This document shows, piece by piece, positions 56,533 through 64,000 of a DNA stretch of 64,000 bases. The first letter of the stretch is position 1. Every line of letters starts with the position of its first letter. The position numbers were made by a program, and so were the translations under genes. Under the pieces are notes generated by a model, which saw only the letters and a list, made by a program, of their open reading frames with translations, did no database searches and was not told the origin of the DNA. Source of the DNA: a virus. The stretch lies in the IMG/VR virus record IMGVR_UViG_3300046804_002503, positions 61,678 through 125,677 of that record; one strand, 5' to 3'.

Positions 56533-57894
56533 CTACGGTTGTTGTTGAGAAGATAATGTTGTAGTGCCGCCAGGGAAGAATGGAGTATTTTGAGGGGGTG
56601 TTGACGTTGTTGACTGATTCATACCAGACCCGCCAATAACCCTCCCGGTGGTTCCACTATCATTCAAATTTTGTGTTGGAGGTTGTTGAGGTGAGGGTAT
56701 ATTTGGATCTGTGACTCTAAAATCTGGTACAGAAGTGGGAGGTGTTGAGGGGGTTTGTGCCCCATCAAGGGTTAATTTTTTAGGTTCAAAAGTGTCGCTT
56801 GTATTACGCATAGGAGTACCCAAAAGTGCTTCTTGATTACTTGGTAATAAGGCTGCTAATTTTGGATCCATCTGTACAGGTACATTTAAGTCTGAAGGAG
56901 ACAGTCGATTCGATGTAGCAATTGTCTGGTTTGGTCCAGCACCTAAAGTTGATAAGCTGCTCTGAGTTCCAATCACAGAAACTTTATCAGCTCCTAATGA
57001 ACCTATATTAATATTAACACTTTCTGGTAACATTTCTTCTAGAGTAATTTCTACTAAATAAGCTTCTGGTACCAATCGTCCAGATGAATTTTCTAATCCT
57101 AATTCTCCAAAAAAATCTAATAAACCCCCTCCTATCATGCGGTTATTTACAGAACCATAATCTGTAATTTGTCTTAATTGACCCAAACTTCTGAAGGCAA
57201 AAGTTTTAACATATGCCAAAGGTATACTTAAACCGCCCAAGGCCGGTGTGCTGATACTGTAAACTTTAGGAGGTAAAAAGGTTGTCCAAGAAGTTCTAGT
57301 TTTTAAATTTTGAAAATAAAATAAATTAACAAAACTAAAATTGTTATTAGCTGATTCCATGTCTTGGGTATTAAACAACGGAAACTTAATAGTTATAGTT
57401 CTTCTGTTAGTTTGTTTATAAGAAATTAATGGTTCTGTGCCCCAGCCAGTAGAAATCATTTGACCAATAGCATCACTCCACTTGGTTAATACTGGAAAGA
57501 TTTTTTGTAAAGATCCAAAAACACTTCCATCTGTAGAAGCCCAGCTATTACCTAGAGCCCCTCTAATACTTTGCCCGTCTTCTATTATGTAAGGCAAATT
57601 ATAAGTGAATCCGGTTTCACTTCCCAAATACATATTTTTATATGGATCTACAGCTTGATTAGTCAATAAGCCTTTAGCAACTGTAAGAAACCTAGACAAA
57701 GAAGCAGTCCACCGAGCATAATCTAAAGCATATTCTTTTAAAATTATATTTGGTATTTCTTCTTTTAAAGATCCCAATTTCCAATAATGATTTTCATAAA
57801 CATCTACAAGACCATTATCCGGGACTGCTCTTGGATAATAGTTTCCAGAATGATTATCTAATTCAGATTGTAAGCTAAAGTATGAAAAGTTCAT
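56533..57894 (-). CDS. Putative baseplate/tail-tube initiator protein (gp48-like), paralogue A
   Basis: Shares QNLKTRTSWTTFLPPKVYS and PEAYLV.ITL.E.LPES with the next gene; P/T-rich tail. Confidence 0.55.
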   Translation of the reverse strand: MNFSYFSLQSELDNHSGNYYPRAVPDNGLVDVYENHYWKLGSLKEEIPNIILKEYALDYARWTASLSRFLTVAKGLLTNQAVDPYKNMYLGSETGFTYNLPYIIEDGQSIRGALGNSWASTDGSVFGSLQKIFPVLTKWSDAIGQMISTGWGTEPLISYKQTNRRTITIKFPLFNTQDMESANNNFSFVNLFYFQNLKTRTSWTTFLPPKVYSISTPALGGLSIPLAYVKTFAFRSLGQLRQITDYGSVNNRMIGGGLLDFFGELGLENSSGRLVPEAYLVEITLEEMLPESVNINIGSLGADKVSVIGTQSSLSTLGAGPNQTIATSNRLSPSDLNVPVQMDPKLAALLPSNQEALLGTPMRNTSDTFEPKKLTLDGAQTPSTPPTSVPDFRVTDPNIPSPQQPPTQNLNDSGTTGRVIGGSGMNQSTTSTPPQNTPFFPGGTTTLSSQQQP

Positions 57895-57906
57895 TTTTAA
57901 AAATTA

Positions 57907-59445
57907 TTATCCTTTAACCCCTTCAGGACCTAAGTATTTTGGATCTATTACTCTCGGTGTGGGGTCTTTAGGAGTTTGAGATCGATTTAACGATGGATTG
58001 TCTGGAGGACGCGGTAAAAGTGTTTCTCTAAAAAGATTTTCTGTAGGAGTAGTGGGAGAGCCAGATACCCTAAATGCCCCATTTATGTACTCTACTGTCC
58101 GTCCCGCACTTGCTGCTTTTGTAGCTTCTTCTACACTATAAACAGTTGTTGGCGATTCAGTTCCTAACCCGTACTGATCTCGAACTCCTGGACCTATAGT
58201 TTCTCTTAAAGCCTTTTCAGCTAAATCTCGGCGTGATTGTTCAGTTTGTTCTATAGCTGCTCGACGGGTTGGGTCAGATTTTATTAAACCATCATATGCA
58301 ACCCCCTGTGCTGCACTATTAATACGTATATCATTGGGTATGGGATTAGATGTTGGAGTATTTAATGCTCGTTCTAAAGCCGCTTTTTGTTCTGCGTATG
58401 TGGGTTCAGACACAGCAAAATCTGCACCGCTAGAATCTAACGCATATTCCTCTACAGAAGACCCTAAAGTATTTTCTTGTTTGTTACCAGCTTGACCTGC
58501 ACCGGCTGCACCTGGGCTAGAAGCTATTACTGTTACCTTTTTACCACCCAAAGCCCCGGCCATAATATTGGTACTTTCTGGCAATGCTTCTCTTAAGGTG
58601 ATAGTAACTAGATAAGCTTCTGGTATTAATCTTCCTCCACCCGGTACAAAGCTTGAAATAGAATTTAAAGCAGCATAAGATGCTCCGCTCATTTCTTTAA
58701 AATCTCTTAATTGTCCAATGGCTTTAACATCATAATTTTCTACATAAGCCATGGGCATGTATATGCCTCCATCAGCCATAGTGTCTACAGAATATACTTT
58801 TGGAGGTAAAAAAGTAGTCCAAGAAGTTCTGGTTTTTAAATTTTGCAAATAAAACAAAGATATAAAACTAAAATTGTCATTTATAGAAGCCAAATCTTCT
58901 GTGTTATACAAATAAAAAGAAAGGGATAACGCTCTTCGATCTGTAGATCCATAACGCAAAATGTCTTCTGTACCCCAGCCAGATGTTAAACCTGCCCCAA
59001 CAAAGTCTACTACAGACTTAATACCACTAAACAAATTACCAGTAACATCTCCAGAACTTTTATCCCACGTGTTAGAAAGAACGCCTCGAACTGGTTGAGG
59101 AGTATTAGAAGGTAAAACATAAGGTAAACGATAACTAAATCCGGTAGGTTCTCCTATGTATAAATTCTGATAAGAATCACTAGCATCTGTATTTTTACCT
59201 GTAATAGATTTTACAGTTTTTAACATCCGAACCAAAGAAGCCGTCCATCTTCCATATTCCAGTTTATATTCTTTCAATATAACTGAAGGCACTTCGTCTA
59301 CATTTTTACTAAGCTGCCAATGGTGATCTTTATATATGTCTATTAAAGACTCACCCCGTGGACGAGCGTAGGGTATAGAACTTCCAGCCGGGCTTGTATC
59401 ATTTTCTATGTAAAAATAGTTAAAATTCATACTACGGCAAACCAA
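57907..59445 (-). CDS. Putative baseplate/tail-tube initiator protein (gp48-like), paralogue B
   Basis: Same motifs as paralogue A; likely start MNFNYF (59430). Confidence 0.55.
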   Translation of the reverse strand: MVCRSMNFNYFYIENDTSPAGSSIPYARPRGESLIDIYKDHHWQLSKNVDEVPSVILKEYKLEYGRWTASLVRMLKTVKSITGKNTDASDSYQNLYIGEPTGFSYRLPYVLPSNTPQPVRGVLSNTWDKSSGDVTGNLFSGIKSVVDFVGAGLTSGWGTEDILRYGSTDRRALSLSFYLYNTEDLASINDNFSFISLFYLQNLKTRTSWTTFLPPKVYSVDTMADGGIYMPMAYVENYDVKAIGQLRDFKEMSGASYAALNSISSFVPGGGRLIPEAYLVTITLREALPESTNIMAGALGGKKVTVIASSPGAAGAGQAGNKQENTLGSSVEEYALDSSGADFAVSEPTYAEQKAALERALNTPTSNPIPNDIRINSAAQGVAYDGLIKSDPTRRAAIEQTEQSRRDLAEKALRETIGPGVRDQYGLGTESPTTVYSVEEATKAASAGRTVEYINGAFRVSGSPTTPTENLFRETLLPRPPDNPSLNRSQTPKDPTPRVIDPKYLGPEGVKG

Positions 59446-61102
59446 CTTTTTGTAAACCCAAAGTTAATCGATATCTATTCTTATCATCATAATGTGGGTC
59501 TCTGTGAGCTGTGGGATTAGTTTGAGAAGGCGCGTCTTTCTTTTGTGGTGCGAAGCTCTTTTGAAGAGTCTCAGCAACTGCCTGTAACGGATTTAATCCA
59601 CGACGATCCCAGTCCATTAAAGTGGCTATGCTTTTATCTATAGTTTCTCCTAAATTTTCTAAACTATTTTCAAAGCTTAACTGAGGAGACAGTTCACTTT
59701 GCATTTTTTTGTCCCAAAGCTCTTTTCTTTTAGCATTTCTTTCTTGGGCACCTTCTCTCATTTTTTTTAGGTTTTCACTATATTCTTGTTCTGCCTTTTC
59801 ATTAGCTTTCTTAGCATCTTCTACGGCTGCAGTTTCTCTTAAAGAACTGGCCCTCCATTCAGCTAACCACCCTAAACCGTATGTTACCAAAGATGTGGCT
59901 CCTAAAACACCGGCTAGAGGGAGCCCAGCCCCAGTGAGGGCAGATCCAGCTGCATATAACCCCGACCCCGCGGAGATGCCATTTAACCACGTAGCAGTTT
60001 TAGACCAAAAAGCCGCATCTTGATTGCCTTTTGCCTCATCCTCTTTTGACATTTGGTAATTTTGCCACGCATCATAAGCACTAAGACCCGCGCCAGCAAC
60101 TGCTAATCCTACACCAAGACCCTTTCCTACCACACGAGCCCCTTGCATTACCCTAGAAGGTTTAGGAGCTCCTAATTGACCAGCGCGGGCTCGGAGAGGC
60201 CTTGTTCCTTTATAACCTTTACCTCGCGCGCCCATTGGACCACCCACTGGACCACCTACCGGTGGCCGATTTCCGGGGCCAAACATAAACCTACCCATGC
60301 GAGCTATTCCTTTAACAAATAAACCCACTGCACCGGCAAATAATTTAAAAATATTTCCAAAACCGAACACCACCCCACCAATAGCAGTTACTGCAGCTAT
60401 CTTGAAACTAGTCTTTAAAGTATCTAAAGATATACCTAACTTATCAGACAATTTATTGCCTAGAAAATCTATGACAGATTCAAAACCGGTACTTAAAACT
60501 TTATACACAGCATCTGCTAGTGGTATTCCTAATAGTTTGCCTATACCTAAGAGTATTCCGCCGCCTATTAATAAAGTTCTCAATTCATCCCAAGCACTCT
60601 TAGCTTCTGGCGGAAATAGATTTTTTACACCATCTCTTAATTTTTCTAAATTCTCCACAAGAGTAGCAAATCCTCCTTTTTGAGAATCTACTATTCGATT
60701 GCCCAAAGAATCTAAATTCTTTTTTTCTGCATCTGGATCTTTTAACTTTCCCTTTTCTCCAGAAACACCATCGTCTGATGCTCTAGAATTTGTAATATTG
60801 CGAAACATTTGTTCCAACGCGGCTTGTTGGGCTGCATTGTTGGCAGGATTAGAACCTGGGGTAGAGCTATTATTTAAACCCGGAAACTGAGAATTAGTAA
60901 ATTGTTTAAGGGTTTCTGATAATTTTTTAAATTGTTCTGCTCGGTTGGTTTCTATGGCTTGGATAACTGGAAGATTAACAACTTCTGATATGGACTTTAT
61001 GCGCCCATTCATTTCTTTAAAAGAAGCCATGAAGGATGCAAAGTCTTCAGCAGACCTGTCATAGTTAAAATTGCTTCCAGACGAAGCGGCGTTAGGATCC
61101 AT
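59432..61102 (-). CDS. Tape-measure-like protein (gp29 analogue)
   Basis: Helical, G/A-rich hydrophobic segments, coiled coils; lies between gp26-like and gp48-like genes. Confidence 0.55.
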   Translation of the reverse strand: MDPNAASSGSNFNYDRSAEDFASFMASFKEMNGRIKSISEVVNLPVIQAIETNRAEQFKKLSETLKQFTNSQFPGLNNSSTPGSNPANNAAQQAALEQMFRNITNSRASDDGVSGEKGKLKDPDAEKKNLDSLGNRIVDSQKGGFATLVENLEKLRDGVKNLFPPEAKSAWDELRTLLIGGGILLGIGKLLGIPLADAVYKVLSTGFESVIDFLGNKLSDKLGISLDTLKTSFKIAAVTAIGGVVFGFGNIFKLFAGAVGLFVKGIARMGRFMFGPGNRPPVGGPVGGPMGARGKGYKGTRPLRARAGQLGAPKPSRVMQGARVVGKGLGVGLAVAGAGLSAYDAWQNYQMSKEDEAKGNQDAAFWSKTATWLNGISAGSGLYAAGSALTGAGLPLAGVLGATSLVTYGLGWLAEWRASSLRETAAVEDAKKANEKAEQEYSENLKKMREGAQERNAKRKELWDKKMQSELSPQLSFENSLENLGETIDKSIATLMDWDRRGLNPLQAVAETLQKSFAPQKKDAPSQTNPTAHRDPHYDDKNRYRLTLGLQKVGLP

Positions 61103-61130
61103 GTAAATATTTAGATCTAACGCCTAGACA

Positions 61131-61964
61131 TTAACCCAAAAATACAGCAGTATTGACGTCTACAATTGCAGTGTGTCCCTTAGAAGAAGTTACGGTAAGG
61201 TAAGATTCTACAGAATTTTTCCAAGAAGACATCTTATCAAAAATGCTTTGTACTATAAAAATTGGCAATTTTTCCACAAAAAACATTTTTTGTTTTAAAT
61301 CCCATGAAGAATAAGAAAGATCTTGATTGTCTAAAAAGATATTTTTAATGTATTTAGAAGTTTCAAATATAAATCCTTCAGTAATAATATTATTAAGAAG
61401 ATTTTGATCCGACAATTCTTTGTTTTGCGTCTTTAAGAAAGATGCATTTTGAAAATAATAACGATCTAAACCCAGTCTAGGAACTTGCAATATTATTTTT
61501 ACGTTTAAATTATCTCTTTCAAAAATTATTTCTTCAGTGTCTGGATGATTAAAATTTTTAAATCCTTCTACCAAAGCATTTAAATTTACCTCTTCTATAT
61601 ATTCTTCTTCAGTGTCTGAGTCTATGAACTTAGTTTTTACTAGAGAAGATATTTGATTTTTTAAAGATAAACTTAAAAAAACTCTATCTAAAACTGTTAA
61701 ATTGTTTATTTCTATGGCCGGGGTTAAATTGTTTTCTTTTAAAACATCATAAACAAATTGTTCAAAATGTATTTTTTCTGTTATTACATTATTTTGTAAA
61801 GCCGTAGACAATAACTTTTTTTGTTGTTCTGCACTGATTTCTTTTAATTTAATATGCTCTTTTATTGAAGGAACCCAATGTTCTTTAGCCAAATTTGTTT
61901 CAGATAAAGAATTTAAAGCCTTTAAAGCTTCTTCAAAAGACAATACATTGCTAGGTTGAGACAT
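61131..61964 (-). CDS. Baseplate hub assembly protein (gp26-like)
   Basis: WVPS....I....I...QQK.L, LT..DR....L.L, FVEKLP. Confidence 0.55.
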   Translation of the reverse strand: MSQPSNVLSFEEALKALNSLSETNLAKEHWVPSIKEHIKLKEISAEQQKKLLSTALQNNVITEKIHFEQFVYDVLKENNLTPAIEINNLTVLDRVFLSLSLKNQISSLVKTKFIDSDTEEEYIEEVNLNALVEGFKNFNHPDTEEIIFERDNLNVKIILQVPRLGLDRYYFQNASFLKTQNKELSDQNLLNNIITEGFIFETSKYIKNIFLDNQDLSYSSWDLKQKMFFVEKLPIFIVQSIFDKMSSWKNSVESYLTVTSSKGHTAIVDVNTAVFLG

Positions 61965-61992
61965 ACTTTAATTATTCTTTAATTCTAATAAT

Positions 61993-62931
61993 CTACCTTA
62001 AAGATTCAAAATCTTCTCCACCTTTATTTCCTTTTGGATTTAAAGCTTCTAATTCTTTTGCAAACAAAGTCATATAAACCTTTCTCTCTGCTACTGATAT
62101 AGAATCTAAATAAAAAGGTACTACCCCTTTAGAAGCTAGCATATAATATTCTTCTAATATTCCAGATATATCATCTGAAAAAAACAATCTTAAAATTCCT
62201 TGATAAGAAATACTATAAAGATCTATTCCATTAGAAAATTCTTGCAAATGTTTAACATTCCACACGTCTCCATTTTTTAATTTTAAAACTGCTTCTATAA
62301 TTAAACTTTGTATATTTTGTCTAATAGAGAATGGCAATTTGTTGTAAATTTGAGTCCTTTCTTCAAAATTTAAATTGATTAAATTTATACAGTTACTATC
62401 AAAGGTAATTTTTTTAATAAAATATGGTATGCTAGATATTACTTTATCTGCTAAAGATAGAGAATCTTGAGGTATTTTTTTTAAAAAAAATTCTTCTTCT
62501 TGTAAATTAGGCCAATCTATTTCTACATTAAAATTGTCAAAAGTTAAATTATTATTAGGCAAACATTCTTTAGCTAAACTATATAATCTTTGTATAAAAG
62601 AAGAAATTTTTAAATTAAATTTAACCGGCATATCCGATACATTTGCTTCTTTGACATAAAGTTCTAAATCTTCGCCTATAGTAACTTCTCTTAATTTTGC
62701 CAAAAATAAAATATAATCTATTATGTTTAATTTTAAAAAATCTTCTTTGTTTTTAATACTTTCTAAAACAATTTCTCGAAAGATCGTTGCATAATCAACC
62801 GCGGTTTCTTCGTTTAACGGTAAGATTAAATTAATTTTAGACAAAGCCAAAAATTGTCTATTGTTTAATTCTTTGTAAAAAATTTTAATCTCAGACAGTG
62901 GCATGTCCACTGTATGCAAATAATACTCCAT
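61993..62931 (-). CDS. Baseplate hub assembly protein (gp26/gp51-like)
   Basis: D.....LR..TIG, WP, LP; C-terminal EYY.L.......YL..I...ER..Y as in gp51. Confidence 0.6.
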   Translation of the reverse strand: MEYYLHTVDMPLSEIKIFYKELNNRQFLALSKINLILPLNEETAVDYATIFREIVLESIKNKEDFLKLNIIDYILFLAKLREVTIGEDLELYVKEANVSDMPVKFNLKISSFIQRLYSLAKECLPNNNLTFDNFNVEIDWPNLQEEEFFLKKIPQDSLSLADKVISSIPYFIKKITFDSNCINLINLNFEERTQIYNKLPFSIRQNIQSLIIEAVLKLKNGDVWNVKHLQEFSNGIDLYSISYQGILRLFFSDDISGILEEYYMLASKGVVPFYLDSISVAERKVYMTLFAKELEALNPKGNKGGEDFESLR

Positions 62932-62960
62932 CTTTGTATTTATTTGCTGAAAAAGAAATT

Positions 62961-63656
62961 CTACGAGTTTACCATACCCTGAGTGTGTACTTCTAAAACA
63001 CTATATGTATTAAAGGCAAAAGTAGCACTTCGATTGGATAATCCGTCTTCTGTGTGAGCTATAGAATAACTTCCAGTGTCTGTAGGAACTACTCCGTGGA
63101 ATCTTACTATCTTCCGTATAAAAGGTGCAGAAGACATTCCACTTTTAGCATACTGAATTACGTCTACGTAATTACACTTTACAGATTTACGAGATAAGGG
63201 ACTTCTGGCTATTAGTCCATAATGAGAAGTAAGTACGATCCACGGTCTAATAACTAAATCTACGAAAGATGCATTGGTTTCTAAAAAATTACAAGTAAAA
63301 TTTAATCCTGGTTCTCTATTAGTAGCTACTATAGGAGCTATGTGAGCACCATATCTAATTCCTTGTCTAACTACTCCTGCCCTTTCTTGAGGCAAAGTAA
63401 TGCCTCTAGCAAAAACACATCCAACTCTTTTGTCTATATTATGAAATTTACGATCTAATAAAGAGTCTATAGTTTTTTGAGACAAAGACCATTCCGAAGC
63501 ATCTAAGGCAGAAATGTATTTTGCCGCACTGTTGCGTATAGCTGGTACACTATCAAAATTAAAATAAATTAAAAATTGATTAGCAAGTGCTATAGACGTG
63601 GGCCACCTGCTTAGAATGTCTAGATAGTATTGTATAGGACCATTAACCAGTGCCAT
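62961..63656 (-). CDS. Tail-tube-fold protein (gp54-like)
   Basis: FLETN.SFVD..IRPW, F....P, ATF.F..Y; adjacent to the tail tube gene; ATG at 63656. Confidence 0.55.
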   Translation of the reverse strand: MALVNGPIQYYLDILSRWPTSIALANQFLIYFNFDSVPAIRNSAAKYISALDASEWSLSQKTIDSLLDRKFHNIDKRVGCVFARGITLPQERAGVVRQGIRYGAHIAPIVATNREPGLNFTCNFLETNASFVDLVIRPWIVLTSHYGLIARSPLSRKSVKCNYVDVIQYAKSGMSSAPFIRKIVRFHGVVPTDTGSYSIAHTEDGLSNRSATFAFNTYSVLEVHTQGMVNS

Positions 63657-63683
63657 ATACAATACTTAGCTAAGGGGCAGAAA

Positions 63684-64000
63684 TTACTGCCAAAATTGAT
63701 AAGCCAATGTAGCCGATTGCTCCACAATAGCACCACCTTCTGTGGCATCTAAAGCATAATCGCCTATAGCACGGCAATAAGCGCCAATTAATTTATATGT
63801 TCTTATAGGTGATCCAGATTTATCCATCAAAGCTAAAGTAACTGTTCCTAAATTTTTGAGCTCGTATAAACCGGTGCTGGTTGCATCATCAAATAACACA
63901 CGATTCCAAGTTTCTAATTTTCTACGAATAGCCAAATCTTGAGGCATTCTAAAAGTAACATTCCAACTATCATTACCAGTATAGGTAGCTGTACCTGGAA
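63684..64000 (-). CDS. Tail tube protein (gp19-like), 5' truncated by window edge
   Basis: Frame stays open to the window end: PGTATYTGNDSWNVTFRMPQD..IR..LE.W...Y.L.GAY...IG...L......TLAYQFW. Confidence 0.8.
   Translation of the reverse strand, partial: PGTATYTGNDSWNVTFRMPQDLAIRRKLETWNRVLFDDATSTGLYELKNLGTVTLALMDKSGSPIRTYKLIGAYCRAIGDYALDATEGGAIVEQSATLAYQFWQ

Noticed and set aside
876-60890. Many short antisense or nested ORFs in the track (e.g. 1055-1378, 3137-3535, 49395-49751, 60297-60683)
   Set aside because: They lie opposite or inside well-supported genes and have no motifs; they are shadow ORFs
1-64000. tRNA genes, CRISPR arrays, introns/inteins, integrase or IS elements
   Set aside because: Intergenic gaps are very short, no repeat-spacer arrays or cloverleafs were seen by eye, and polymerase, helicase, UvsX and terminase have normal lengths. 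A tRNAscan/Infernal run would be needed to exclude these fully
1-64000. Stop-codon reassignment
   Set aside because: Core genes are intact in the standard code, and TAA, TAG and TGA all terminate genes

Overview
A 64-kb, AT-rich, densely coding segment of a large T4-like tailed dsDNA phage (myovirus morphotype), read with the standard genetic code. It holds the T4-type replication, recombination and late-transcription core (gp61, UvsY, UvsW, gp55, gp47/gp46, gp43, UvsX, gp41, gp32, gp45, probable gp62, ThyX, GroES-like) and, on the minus strand from about 46.4 kb, a baseplate/tail/terminase module. The most notable content: (1) A complete 7-deazaguanine (preQ0) pathway (FolE2, QueD, QueE, QueC) plus a stand-alone class II glutamine amidotransferase and a divergent TGT/DpdA-like TIM-barrel protein right after the DNA polymerase. 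QueC heads a tightly packed run QueC-GATase-GDP-mannose epimerase-glycosyltransferase-DUF366, a candidate for an undescribed, possibly sugar-decorated deazaguanine DNA modification. (2) About 12 glycosyltransferase-like genes, nine of them inserted between gp47 and gp46. (3) Two Tat-signal DUF1501 genes in an island with methyltransferase, sulfotransferase and glycosyltransferase genes, suggesting a PVC-superphylum host. (4) A recurring promoter layout TTGATT-N16/17-TAnnnT-N6-start codon, implying leaderless mRNAs, and TAAATA late-type boxes just upstream of start codons. All protein calls come from motif recognition by eye, with no database searches.
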